From: Gracilinanus agilis
Taxonomy: Eukaryota
Direction: 5' to 3'
Assembly (NCBI RefSeq): GCF_016433145.1
Contig: NC_058134.1
Location: 286,810,073-286,872,948, forward strand
Length of the DNA: 62,876 nucleotides
Part shown: in pieces, positions 1-13,186 of the stretch
Layout: each line of letters starts with the position of its first letter
Numbering within the stretch: the stretch's first letter is position 1
Translations under genes and position numbers: made by a program
The notes under the pieces: model-generated
Databases searched by the model: none
What the model saw: only the letters and a program-made list of their open reading frames with translations
Told to the model about the DNA's origin: nothing

Positions 1-1287
1 CCNNNNNNNNNNNNNNNNNNNNNNNNNNNNNNNNNNNNNNNNNNNNNNNNNNNNNNNNNNNNNNNNNNNNNNNNNNNNNNNNNNNNNNNNNNNNNNNNNN
101 NNNNNNNNNNNNNNNNNNNNNNNNNNNNNNNNNNNNNNNNNNNNNNNNNNNNNNNNNNNNNNNNNNNNNNNNNNNNNNNNNNNNNNNNNNNNNNNTCAGG
201 GCTCATCCTTTCTGCTTGTAGAACTTGGATGGGGTTAGGGGGAAAGATCTCCTCTCCCCCTAAATTAAGCCCCCTCTGTCTCATTAAGGGATTGAGGAGA
301 AGAGGGAAAGGGAAAGGAGGGGAGAGAGGGGAATAAAAAAGAAACCAAATTAAACCTCTAAATTACAGCTATACACTGCTCTGTGTTTGTTGGCAATCAA
401 GTTTATTCATTTTGAAAGTGCTACCCACAGCCACTTGCATCTTTTTTGTTTCTCCTCTGACCCAGGACTTCAGATTGAAGAGTTTTGTAGTCTTTCTCTA
501 CCACACCTGCCCACCACGATTAAATCTATATCCTTCAGTAACAAGGCTTTTCATACCAAAGAGTAGGAGCTTGCATGGGGGTGAGGGAGCACACTCCCTG
601 AAAAGGGGCACATTCCTTCTCCCAGAAGGGGAGAGAAAGCACCCTTCTGGTTCACAGATATACACACCCTCAATGGGATTGGGGTAGAATGCTTGAATCC
701 CCCGGAACACTGAATAATCCATTCTGGGAAATCAGAGGCTGAGTTTCCAAACTTGGTTGAAAAAACTAGGTTGGGAGTGGGAGGGAGGGAGCAGAAGAGG
801 CTGATCTGAGCAGACCAAGCTGGAGCAGGGAGAGAGTCCGGGTTAATTGGGGGAAAGGAAGATTCTGTTGGAAGGAGGAGGTAAACAGTGGAATTCCAGA
901 CTAGGAGAGAGAATCACTAGCTAATAATCATGGGCTGGAAAGCAGTTTTCTCCGTTGGGACACTGAAGAGTCAGGATGCTATCAGGTGAGACTGAGGGAG
1001 AAGGGAAGGTGAAGAAGCTTTTCACAAATATTCAGAATCTCCTTTCTAGGCCTGATGCTAGTGGAATCTTCCTTTCGGATCCTTATCAACATTCTGGATA
1101 CATGCAAACATACACACATACATTCACATAGGTCTTTTGCATAGAGTGTGATGTATGTGTGAATTTATGTGCATCTATATCTATTTACATGTGTGTATAT
1201 TTACATATAATATATATCCTTCATTTCCTCCCCCCACCTGTGACTTCATCCTTTAAGGGAGCTTCCCAGTGAGGAAACACCAGCGAA

Positions 1288-1430
1288 GAGAGAGAGAGAG
1301 AGAGAGATATGATGGATGCATAATTGATAGATAGATGGATGAATAACAGATAGATGGATAGATAGACAGATAGACAGATAGATATCCATCGATGGATGGA
1401 TGGATAGATAAATCAATAAATAAATAGATA
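1288..1430. repeat. Compound (GA)n/(GATA)n/(GGAT)n microsatellite
   Basis: Read directly. Confidence 0.85.
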
Positions 1431-3393
1431 TTTTCAGAAGGGAATGGCTTTCATCATATATTAGGGGACACATTCACTGGGGTTTTCTCTGGAAACATCT
1501 ATCACTCTCTCTTCCCAGCTCCAGCCCTCTGCTCTCCAAACTCCTCACACTCTCCCTCCTGTTTCCAAAGACTAACCTTTGCTAGACTCAATTGATTATC
1601 TGCACAGAGGACCACACAGTTGCATGCCCCTAAAGTCTTCTGGCTTTGCAGGTACGATTGTGTTCCAGAGACGGCCGTGCCCACAGGGCCAGGGATGGAA
1701 TTTAACTGCATTTAGCTAATATTAATGACATTGTTAGCTAACAATATACTCACAAACACAACGCTAAATGCCAGCATGTGCACCATAAAGATGTCCACAC
1801 ACAGAGATCTAATACCATATTTGTACATCTCATTGAATTTTTGGGTCCGAAAAGAAATCTGTGTGCTGGTAACCACACACTTAGACATGGATAGGACTCT
1901 GTGCGCGCACACATGTGTGTATACATATTACATGCATATTACATGTATGTGTGTACATATACATATTTGATGAGAACTACATACACTTTCTCTATGGTTT
2001 GAAAGCTATTTTGTGGGCAAGCACACCCATATGTTCTTCACCTCTAATGCATACATGGTTCACCCATGGAATATTCCACATATCCCAGCTTGCTCCCTTC
2101 CATAGATTTCCTGCTTGTTCAGAGGACCCAAAAAGGAGCCACTGGGGCTTCCATGGCCTGTGAAAAACACTTCCATACTAATCTCCTCAATCCTTTTGTA
2201 TTCCCCCCTCTGCCTTCCCACCACCATGGCCAGCTAGGCTCATCCTCCTCCCCCTTGCCTTATCCTAACCAGCCATCTCCCACCCCAGCCATACATACAT
2301 CCATCCTTCGATTTCCTAATTTTATTTTTGTTTGCTTGCTACATTTCCCCCTGCATTTACGTTTCTGTGCCCTACCCCCACCCCCATCTCCTGTCGCCTT
2401 TCTCTACGTCTAGATCTGGTTTCTCTTTTCGGAAACATGTTTCAGTACAAAGCGCTTCCCTTCTGACAGTACTGAAGAAAAATAAGTGCTCATTGTGTGT
2501 GTGGCGTTATTGTGTCCGGCATTACCATATTGACCGTTGGATAACCTATATTCGGCTCCCCCCTCCCATTAACAATCTGTGGCCCGAGAACATAAGTAGC
2601 TCTTGAGATTTTGTGATGCTTTAAAAAAAAAAAAAAACAACCAAAAAAAAAAAACCCTCAACCTTTAGACTTGCCCCGCTCCCTCCTTTTCCAAGGGAGA
2701 AAGTGTGGTTTTTTGGGGGGGAAGGAAGGGGTGCTTCAATTTGAATTTGGCGACTTTTTTTTTTTTTGTCTTTTTGGTTGGAGGGAAAGAATGAGAGAGA
2801 AGATCATGGTCGTCCCCTCCCCCACTCCACAAACTGCAGGATTTTTTGAAAGAAAAGAGACTTCCACAGCCCTCCCTCTTTTCCCTTTCCAAATAAGTTG
2901 ACTTCTAGATGACAAGTAATTAATTCCATTTTAATTTCTCTCCCCCCCAACCCCAACAACTTGAAAGCTCCAAACTGAATCGAGGTCCCCTTCTGGTTTT
3001 GTTCCTTTATGACGCCTGGCAGACAGGACTAATGTATGCAAAGGAATATGCAAATGCTTAATTGATTTTTTCTTAAATCTCTTGTCAGTAAAAGTAATGA
3101 ATTGGTCTAAAATGATTTTAATAACCCGGACGTGTCACTAGAAAATGCTCAACCTTCCCCACCCCCCACCATCGCCTATAGTCTCAAAAAAACCAATTAT
3201 GGACCCGTTCATTTCCCCTCTTTTAAAATATTAAAGATGAATTTCTCTTGTTTGTTCGGAGATCATGGACAAGGTCCTCTTCTGACTCGCCCCCCCCCCT
3301 TCCCCTTCCTTTCCCTGGAATTCAATTTTCTTCAAATCTCGTTTAAAGTGGCTTTTTAAAAAGTGGACGCATTTTAATATTGGTTAGACAGAG

Positions 3394-3403
3394 TGACCCG
3401 CAT
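3394..3403 (-). promoter_or_regulatory. 3' half of a probable DR5 retinoic acid response element upstream of HOXC4 (5' half in the N-run)
   Basis: The minus strand reads [N]ATGC GGGTCA. The visible spacer and half-site match the Hox4-type DR5 AGGTGA-aatgc-AGGTCA as recalled for Hoxd4. Only one half-site is visible. Confidence 0.5.
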
Positions 3404-6400
3404 NNNNNNNNNNNNNNNNNNNNNNNNNNNNNNNNNNNNNNNNNNNNNNNNNNNNNNNNNNNNNNNNNNNNNNNNNNNNNNNNNNNNNNNNNNNNNNNNN
3501 NNNNNNNNNNNNNNNNNNNNNNNNNNNNNNNNNNNNNNNNNNNNNNNNNNNNNNNNNNNNNNNNNNNNNNNNNNNNNNNNNNNNNNNNNNNNNNNNNNNN
3601 NNNNNNNNNNNNNNNGGGCTCCACGTCCCCCCCCCACCCCCTTCACACACCCCATGTGGGTCGACTGAATTCCACCCCCCTTAATCTGAGCTTCTGCTCT
3701 TGACCCCCCACCTCCTCCTCTTTTTTTTTTTTTTAAATTTCATTTTTACTTTTTCAATCTCCGACACTTGGATGGAGGAAGCTGCAGCTACTAGAGGTCT
3801 GTAAGCCGAACTTTCATTCTTGGAAAGGGAAAGACTTTTACTTTTTAAAGGGGGGTGGGGGTGGGGGTGGGGGTGCTGGTGTGTCTTTTAAAGGCCTGCA
3901 AAACAGCCTGGCTTTAGCTCGGCTTAGTGAAGGCGCTCCCAACCTTTGCTGGCTCTTGCAGCTGGGCAGAAACATTTTATCGAGCTCGCTGAGGACTCTT
4001 CTCTAAGCCATTCAACATGGCAGAAACTTCGAGGCAAGGCTCAGCTTTGGCCCCACTTTTGGTGGAGAGGAACTCAAGGGTTCGGGGGCTGAGGGCTGTT
4101 TTAGAGGAGGGGTTGGAAGAGAGGCAAACAGGCTTCTTTTCAAGGCCTCGGGGCCAAAATGACTTCTTCCATCCCCACTTGCTGGCTGGGAACTGGCTGG
4201 GGGTCAGCCAACCATTTGCTGGACTTTCTCCTTAGCCATCCCTACATTCTCCTGGGGAAGCCTTGAAGCCCAGGAAAAGGTGGAATTTAGTGGGATCAAT
4301 AAGGTTGATGCAAAGGGAGCGTGGAGAAATGAAGGGGTCAATGAAGAGGATCTGCTTTTTGCAAAGGGTTTCCCCCAGGGAAAAGGGGGTCCTTAAAGCT
4401 TCTCCTAAAATTAGAAAATAGAAAAGTTGCTGGGGGAAGTCCTTAGCTCCTTGCAGAAATAGAGCTGGGGAAAGGATAATGCATTGGAACCTCTGCTCTC
4501 TAAACTCTCTTCAGGTCTATCTACTTCTCAGCTGACCCAGAGCCACACCAACTTACATCTCTATCAACATTATTATTAATGGTAATAAGAGCACTAATAA
4601 CATTCTTCCACCGGCAGGTCAGAGCGCCCTGTTTTTCCCTTAACATTTGCCCCCTTTTCAAGCAGTGATTTCCCCTCTTTCATGCCAAAGGAAAGCAAAC
4701 ACCCTTTAGGCCAGCTCCCCAAACCTTAAGGGCCCCTTTTTTTTTAAATACAGAACTCCCTTACCCACAACCCCAGTCACTACAAATCCCTAGGCTTTCC
4801 ATTCTGCAGAAAGAGGGCACCGAGGACAGACTGACGGATCTAGACGGTCCCTCGGCGGGCCTGAGACCCAAGACCCCAACCCCCTCCCTCAGTACCTCCA
4901 GACGAGGTTGCTCCAGCTCGACTGAGCCCATAGATAGGTTTTCTCAAGGACAAATCAATCGTCCCTTAGTAGTCTCCGGGGATGAGTACCCCAGTTCCCG
5001 AGCCTCAGACCCGCTAAAATCAAAACAAAAACAAAAACGGGCGGGGGGGGGGGGAAGAGATGGAGTGGTAGACACCAAAGCAAAGGCCAGAAGCAAGTCG
5101 GACTTCTGGGAAGAGACATCCTATGTCTTCTCCGGCCAGGCGGGGAAATGAATCAATAGTGACCGGTTAATCAACTTGATAGAAATCCCTCTCGCTTCCC
5201 TGATGCCTTCTCTGCCTGGGCTGTGCGCACCTTTCTTCCACTGCAAGCTAGAGAATTCCAATCCGCCTCCTATGTTCTCTCACCCGCTTTCTGAACCCGA
5301 AAACTCTCTCCCCTGGGAACAGAAAGAGCCCTTACCCGAAGTGAAGCAAGTCACCCACAGTACTGGGGATTCGCTCCCACGTTAAGAACTATTTTTTTTT
5401 TTATGTAAAAAAAAATTTTTTTTAGTCTAGTCTGTCTGTGATCGTTTAAATTTCCGCACTTCCCTTTAAGATTTTCCTCTCGGCTCTGAATCATCTAATA
5501 TACTTAGAATCGCTGCCGTTTCCACACTAGGCTGTTTCGCTTCAATAGGACTCTCTCCGAATTATTCCATCTTGCTCTAGCGTCCAAAAAAGAAAATAAA
5601 TCCATCTTCTCCCTTTTTTCTGGGTGTCCTATGCTATCTCAAATTATGTCCCCATTATTTAATTGTGTTTTGTATTCTGCTACTCTCTAGTCTCGAAATG
5701 GATGAAAATAGAAAGCCTTCTGTTTGCGTATGTATTGACAGAAATCGGGGCAGCCACATTTTCTGTATTCCTGCCTAGGGCTCCATTCCGATTTTTAGGC
5801 ACGTATAGGGCTAGGGATGAGACAGCCCCACGAACAGAAACCTCTCTCTGGAGTCCTCCTCTTTGGGGTTGCCACCAGGATGCTATTTTCCTACACTTTC
5901 TTTCTCTTTGTGTTCCACACAGTTCAGCGGGTACATACAGCAGTACATGCTGGAGTTGGGGCTCGAGTAAAAAGGTCTCCAGTCATGACCTCTGCAGGCA
6001 CAAATGCAGACACACACTTCTGCAGAGAAGGTAAATGCCCTTCCCAATCGATGTGCTCTCTCCACCATCTATGGATAATGTATAAACAGTCATAACTTGA
6101 ACGTGGAAGAACGAGTACGAACGCAGAAGGCCGGGAACCTGCGTTTGGTTTTAGTTTTTCCCGGTATGCCTCCCCACACCTTCTCAAGGTGCTCGCGTAC
6201 CTGCTCAGGAAAACCGGGGAGAGATCTTTCTTTCACTGCTCCCCTCCCCTCGTAAAGCAAATCCCCGGAGGCTTTGACTCTACCTAGTACGGGGTTGGAA
6301 GGATTTAAAGAAGGGAGAAACCGAGCTGGAAGAGAACTGTGCTATTTTGGAGGGTGGGAGAGAGTATCCAAGAAGGGATGGCGATAACCTTTTCCCGCGC

Positions 6401-9400
6401 TGACTTTCTGCCTTTCGTCCTACAAACTATTTGATCGGCCATCAGCGTATTTTTCCAGTTTAATTTCTCATCTGTTTACACCTAATAAACGCTTCTCGCT
6501 TATTCCCTCACGTCCCTTTCATTCTCTGATCCCTTCCAACACTGCAGCCATTAGTTACTATTATTGGTATTTTTATGAGGCCCTTTCCCCAAGCCCAGGG
6601 GGGTAGGGGGTGGGGAGCCTGATTTTTGGCCAAAGGGAAAACTTCAGCGAAACTTCACGTAGTTACAACCTTGTCCCCCTTTCCCGCCCCCAAGACTGAC
6701 TCCCCCAGCCCTAGTACCCTTCCCAGAGCAGAAATGTTACAGGGTAAATAAGAGTTCGCTTGCTCTTGGTTATTAGAATTCTGAAGACGTTGGCATGTGT
6801 AGTGATCATTAGTCAAACCCGCGGAAGCCAAAGGAGCCGAGGAGTTGGACAGAAGAAATCTTGGAAATGATATACAGGAGCCGGCTGGAGCATCAATTCA
6901 GGCCGATAAGAACCGGGCTGCTGGGAGCTGGGGGGGTGGGGGGGCGATGTTTAATTGGGTTCTGGGTACCTTTCATAATTGGGGAGGAGGAAAGGAGCAT
7001 TGAAAGCCCCAAAGGGGAGACGTTATTCCCTTTTTTTTGGTCCCCCAGTGAAAACTGTGTAGGTTGAGGACACTTTGAACCCCATCTCTGATACTCTGAG
7101 ATCCAGGAGAAAAAAAGAAAGACCCAGGAGGTGTCCAAAATAGCTTTGGGGACAAACTAAGAAGAGAGGGAAGGGAAGAAAGTTTTAGGGTGCTACCCTT
7201 TTGGTAACATCTCAGGATTCTTCCTCACATCATTCCTTCCTTTTAGAATGAAGCAGCTAAAGCAGGAAGCTCCAATGAGTAGAGTCAGAAGGCAAATGGG
7301 TGAGATGAGAAATCAGCCCAAGGATGAACAAAGAATTTGGAGGACTGGCAAAGTATCTGGGGAAGTCCCCAAGACCTGGCTGCATGAGGAATATAGCCAT
7401 TCCCCTTTTCTCATGAGGGATACAACCATTCACCTCATTTAGGCTCCAGCAGGAGATATGGGGATTGTAGAGCAGGAATGCAAAGAGTAGGTTAGGTCAG
7501 ACCTAGGAGTGGCCAGGGAGCCATTTCGTCTGATGAGTAAATACTCCAGAAAAATGCTTGTCCCCCTATATCCTCCAAAACAGAAATGGACAGAGGTCTG
7601 AAGAGAGAGCCATCACCCCACTCCCCAATAGACATTTATGGCTAGGTAGGGCCCATCTCTAAAAAAAAAAAAAGTCTAAATACCCAAATATGCAGTCAAA
7701 CTGCGAAGAAGGCCAGAAAGTAGAAGTATAATAAAGAACGATATTTGAGACCAGTCAATTACATGATAGAATACGCATCTATAAATATGAAAGTCGTTTT
7801 CTACATTTGATTGCTGAGAAAATGTTCATTTAGATTTATAAGGGAGTACTAGCAAATTCACAGGTCTACACACTCCATACACTGGGCAAAGGATTATCAG
7901 TGTACATTTGGATTTAACTGAAATGTCCAAATAGGCACCCAGTTGTACACCCACCCACTAAAAGAAATGGCTCTAATGTACACTCAGGTACAGTAGAGAG
8001 ATAGCCCCTAGTGAGGAAGATCCCTCAACATCCATATCTGTGATAAGAAAATATATAAAATAGCATCTGCCTGTATACCCAGAAGAAGATCTTGAAATCC
8101 ACAACCATGTATGCAGAACTCTCTCGAGAAAGGCACATTTTTCTCTGGACACGGATGTCCAAGTTAATGTGTTTATGACGTCTATAGGTATCAAATGCAG
8201 ACACATCTCCAAGCCAAGAAAGAGACACTGGGTTTGATCGACATACAAAGACCCCATAAGTAGAGGAACATATATACCCTCATTTATGGCATATGGGCCA
8301 TTTCTCTTGAGAGGAATATTAACCCTCAAGTCTGGGGGTGGGGTGGGGAGGTGGGGAAATCATGGAGGCAAAACTAAGGCCGCAGGTGGGGGATTCATTT
8401 GGCTCTATCCCTACCCCCCTTTCTCTCTCTCTCTCTCTCTCTCCCTCCCTCCCCCCAAGCCAACCCACCCCCTCACCACAAGACCAAGGGAAAAGCTCTT
8501 CCGACGTGAGACTCAGATACTCCTCAGGCAGACTCAAGGCAGCGGGGGGGCTCCGGGTGTCACGAGGGGAAGGCTCGTTAACATTGCGAAATGGGGTCAT
8601 TTGGATAAAATATGATTTTGTTTGGAGGCAGCTCCACAGAGAGGAGACATCAGGCGTGTACAGCGCAAAACCACCAAGGAAAGAGGGCTACCCACACTTA
8701 CTCTAGTTCACTCGCACACACGCACACACAGCTCTTAATTACTCTATGCCACGGTCCCAGAGCACTAGCCTGGATGGGCCAGAAGCTTGCATTTCCCCTC
8801 CCCCTCTCACCCCCACTATGATTTTTCTCTTTTGCTCACACAAGCCCCAATGTAAATCTCAGAAACCCTATATCTGGGGGAGAACACTTGATATTTGGGG
8901 GAAGGGGTCAAATGGAGGCAAGAAGGCCCTTGAAGAAGAAAACCTCCCTGATCCTGTATGCCCTGTCCCTGGTGCATCCCAACACGTTCAGATTGCTAGT
9001 ACAAATAGCTCTTTTCTCTTTTCATTCAGGGTTATTTGGGGGCTGCCTTGAGGTTTGTGGAGTTTTTTATCTTCTAGGGGTGAGGGGATGGGGAGAGGCA
9101 AGACAGACCAGTGCCTACGCCAACAAAAAAAGATGGACTGTTGGAGCAACTCTCCCCTCCAGGGAAAAAAATAAAGGCAGTCTTTTCTTGCTCCAGAGAA
9201 AAGTGAGAATTTGGGGGGCCAGGAGAGAATGGAAGAGTTTAGTTACATAACCGTTCTAATTTTCCAGTTTGTGTTTTCTGTGTAGGCCATGAAGAGGCAA
9301 AAGAAGCACTAAAAAGAGACAGAGACAGGCATACAGAGTCAGGCAGAAACAGAAACAGAGGGAGACCTCTTCCCAAATAGGTGCGCTGGGGAGCTAAGAG

Positions 9401-10258
9401 TCAGAACACAGAGTTTCCCTCGTGCTTCCTCTTTAATTGGGTTTTATTAGGGGGTGGATTTGTCGGGGAGGGACAATAGTGGAGACTTGGGGAGTGAAGT
9501 GCCATTTAGATAGCAGGCTGGGGAGCATTTACAAAGCAAAGCCTCAGATGCCATTTCCTGGGAAGGGACCAGATCAAAACAACCTCCTCTCTGCGTTTAT
9601 GACCCTGTCTCTCCTCTGGGCGGAAAAAACGCCTTCAATAAAACTTCAGCTTACACCCTGTCCACCACCCCCCTCCCCATTCCACCCCCAACACTCCAGC
9701 ACCAGGAATGGAAAAGCAAGGAAACCCAATTCAAAACGGCATAGGCAGTAACCACCACCACCACCCCTTAACCCTGACTTTCCAACTGGTTAGAAAATTA
9801 TCTTCTTTTTTTAAGTACTTACTGAAAAAGATTTTCTCCAATGTCTGTGCAATCAAGAAGTCCAAGATGATTTAAGTAACAGATATTCCAATAGGCTAAC
9901 TCCCCAGGCAGTGGGGAAGAGGGAGAAGGAAGAAGGAAGCAAAAGAAGATAAAGTTTTCCCCTTTGCCATTAGCAGAGTTTAGCCAGTACGATCCTGGCC
10001 AAGACAGAAATAACACACCAAAGGTCACTCGAGAGAAGGATCTGTTGCCAGTGGGGTCTGCTAGGTGGGTTTGGGTTTCTGAGGCACAAACTTGGAGCAA
10101 CTGGGAACTGCCAGAGGATAGGTGAGAAGAGAAAGAGAGAGAAGGTGAGAAAAGAAGGTTGGTTTAAATTGTTGTGGGGAGAGCTGCTAACTTCCTGCCC
10201 ATTGGAGAAACCGGAATCTTTGCTACATACACAGATCTGCGGGCACAAACATGCACAT

Positions 10259-10264
<6 letters not shown>

Positions 10265-10321
<57 letters not shown>
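10265..10321. repeat. (GA)n microsatellite
   Basis: Read directly. Confidence 0.97.
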
Positions 10322-10323
<2 letters not shown>

Positions 10324-10703
10324 CAAAGAGATTTATAGTTATATATGAAATCTACACCCATTTTTAGGTGAGCATATAGAGCTACTTGCTGGGGATATCT
10401 CTACACATCTGTGGGTGTGAGAATAAACAAACACATCCCACTACACACAGAAACACGCCAACATTGTGTGCAATATATTACGTTACAGACCAGATGTTAT
10501 ATTTGATATCATTAGTTACACCTGGGATTCCTTATCCAGGAATTCCTAAAGTATGTTCTAAATCAGATGGTGAAGCTAGTATTGAGTTCTTCCCGGGGTA
10601 TATGAATGGTATAAAAGAAAGAGGCCCTGGGACAGCAGCAGTGCAAAGCAGCTCCAATCCCCCTCCAGCACACATTGGGCAAAGGTTAAGTCTTACATAT
10701 TTT

Positions 10704-10897
10704 TTCAAAACTTGCCCACTGTCTTAGAATCAATGCTAAATACTGGTTCCAAGGTGAAAGAGCGTTACGGGCTAGGAATTTGGGGTTAAGTGACTTGCCC
10801 AGAGTCACACCACTAGGAAGTATCTAAGGCCAAATTTGAACCCAGGACCTCCTATCTCTCGGCCTGACTCCCCATCCACTGAACCACCTACCTGTGC
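10704..10897 (-). mobile_element. SINE1_Mdo-like SINE, more diverged copy
   Basis: Contains GTCTTAGAATCAAT...GGTTAAGTGACTTGCCCAGAGTCACAC...AATTTGAACCCAGGACCTCC...CCATCCACTGAACCACCT. Possible decayed TSD: CTTACATATTTT (10692-10703) and CTAACATGTTTT (10898-10909). Confidence 0.8.
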
Positions 10898-10934
10898 CTA
10901 ACATGTTTTGCAATACATTGGATATACATTCCGA

Positions 10935-11087
10935 AGGGCTTTGGGAGAGATAATCTATTCCAATCACTTTATATTATGAATGGAGAAACTGAGGATACGA
11001 GGGAACAAAAACATAGTAAGGTCACATAGTAGCTTTGAATTCATAGATTTAAATTCATATCTTTTAATTCCAGATCCTTCCACTATA
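10935..11087. mobile_element. Old MIR/Mar1-like CORE-SINE remnant
   Basis: GGGCTTTGGGAGAGATAATCTATTCCAATCAC...ATGGAGAAACTGAGG...AAGGTCACATAGT...TTCCACTATA resembles the MIR/Mar1 core (ATGAGGAAACTGAGG...AAGGTCACA). Confidence 0.55.
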
Positions 11088-12166
11088 TGATAAATTCATT
11101 TTTTTCTGACTGGGTTTCCTTCTTCATTCCCAAGGAACTATTGGAAAAGAAAAAGCTGGATCTCTAAAGGAATAAGGAAGCTCGTGGGCAAAGATTCATA
11201 TTGCCTCTCAATGTATCCCTCACATGCCACTCTACAACAAACACCCTCTGCCCCCAAGTGCTGAAGACCCTTCCAGGCTCTTATCATTGGCATAACACAC
11301 AGAAGGGAAAAGCGATTGACTTATACAGGCTCCATCAAAAGAAGAAGGGGACTAGAAAAGGATTTCTCCTTTCCCTAATCTCCCTTCCTCAGAATCTCAA
11401 CAAAACTACTTTCTCAGGAGGTCCCTTGAAGTCTTAATTTCAAAACTGGGTTTTCTCCTACACTATAGTATAACCAAGGTGTTGAATTCAGAGCCTTTCT
11501 CTTGCAGAAAGACACTCTGAGGTGTTGTCTATGCAAGCATAACAAAAAAACCAGTGAACTTCAAACAAACAAAAATCTCATCCCTACCTTTCTCCTTTCA
11601 AATCTACCAGTCTTGATGGAGAGTGAAAGTTAGTTTAACTTAAACAATCCCCAGGGCCTATCTTTACTCAACTGAAATTCTCCAGAGAAAACACTTCCCT
11701 GTGACAAGATCAACACGATTACTATATTCTCTCTCCACCCCCACCCATCACAGATTTGGTGACTTCAGCTATCTGAAATCCAATCTGATGATGCTGAATT
11801 TTGAAAACGTACTCCCCAAGATATGACCTCCTGGCAAAAAAATAAAATAAAATAAAATTTTATACACACTCATATCTGAATAGTGAATAGGGGAGTATGG
11901 GATGGGTGATTAGGTGATCTACAGAAGATAGATTTCAGATCAAAGATTCAACCTCAACTCCCACCCTCTCTCCTTCTTTCCTTCAGCTTTTTAACCTAAT
12001 CTTTTTAGCTGACCCCAGAGATCACGTCCATGTGGTTATTTGCCCTCCCCATCCCTCCACTTAGAAAAGCAAATAAATATGAAGAACAAGCCAAGAAATG
12101 GAACAATGGACACTCCAACTTTCTCCATTTACCCAATTAGGCATCCTCCCCCTTCCAGAACCCAAC

Positions 12167-12387
12167 TTTTTTTTTTTTTTTTTAATCCTTACCTTCTGTT
12201 TTAGAATCAGTACTGTGTATTGGTTCCAAGGCAGAAAAGCAGCAAGGGCTAGGCAATGTGGATTAAGTGACTTTCCCAGGGTCACACAGCTAAGAAGTGT
12301 CTGAGGTTAGATTTGAATCCAGGACTTCCTGAATCTGAGGAATTCCTGAATTCCTGGCTCTCAATCTATTGACTCACCTAGCTGCCC
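12167..12387 (-). mobile_element. SINE1_Mdo-like SINE with poly(A) tail and a small internal duplication
   Basis: It has the same body as the 12991-13186 copy, a T-run at 12167-12183 (the poly(A) tail) and extra GAATTCCT-type units near the B box. Confidence 0.85.
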
Positions 12388-12990
12388 ACTTAGATCTCAG
12401 TTTTAAGAAGGGGACAGAATTCCTCCCAACCTAGAGAGGGACAGTTGGATAAGATGACTTGAGGTTGTATGATATATCCAAAGTGTGGAGGGGAGAAACC
12501 AACATTTTAGGTGAAAGGATCATGGAGATGGGGTGGGAAATGAGGGTTTAGAAGCAAAGGAGAGAGAGGCATTTCCTGTTGCCTGTTGGACTGCAAAACA
12601 AGGGGAAATACTCTTGTAACAAAATTCTGAAAAATGAAGTTTGAATTTTGAGGCAAAGATGATCCTAGGTGTCTCTGTAACCCCCTTAGGACTGACTCCA
12701 AAGACAGGTATTTTGTAAGCCAACTTCATCACTTTCCCTGCCCCTCATATATTCTCTAGCACAGACACACTCATATGAACTCTTGTTATATACATATATG
12801 CCTTCTTAAATAGGGCACTCTCACTCCACATACACACATTAATGCACCATCATTCACACTGAGATACATATGCAGACTCTCTACACATGTACTGTTACTC
12901 TGTTAGACTTGCACACATATACCCAAACACACATACACACACAGATCCAATAACTGACGTTCTTCTCTGGATAAACTAACCTTAATAATC

Positions 12991-13186
12991 TTTTAAACCC
13001 TCACCTTCCATCTTAGAATCAATACTGTGTATGGGCTCCAAGGCAGAAGAGTGGTAAGGATGGGCGATGGGGGTCAAGTGACTTGCCCAGGGTCACACAG
13101 CTGGGAAGTGTCTGAGGCCAGATTTGAACCCAGGACCTCCCGTCTCTAGGCCTGGCTCTCAATCCACTGAGCTACCCAGCTGCCCC
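12991..13186 (-). mobile_element. Full-length SINE1_Mdo-like tRNA-derived SINE, least diverged copy
   Basis: The minus strand begins GGGGCAGCTGGGTAGCTCAGTGGATTGAGAGCCAGGCCTAGAGACGGGAGGTCCTGGGTTCAAATCTGGCC (A and B boxes), continues through the CORE and ends ...GATTCTAAGATGGAAGGTGAGGGTTTAAAA. There is an imperfect 14-bp TSD: CTTAATAATCTTTT (12981-12994) and CTAAATAATTTTTT (13187-13200). Confidence 0.9.

Noticed and set aside
1-195. HOXC4 coding sequence
   Set aside because: No HOXC4 peptide appears in any frame; the gene is expected beyond position 1, and the N-run cannot be read.
5986-6002. TGACCTCTGC resembling a HoxB-type DR5 RARE
   Set aside because: The second half-site (reverse TGTGCC) does not fit RGKTCA, so only one half-site is present.
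6738-6746. TACAGGGTA (reverse TACCCTGTA) as miR-10
   Set aside because: Only a 9-nt match, with no remainder of the mature sequence and no star arm.
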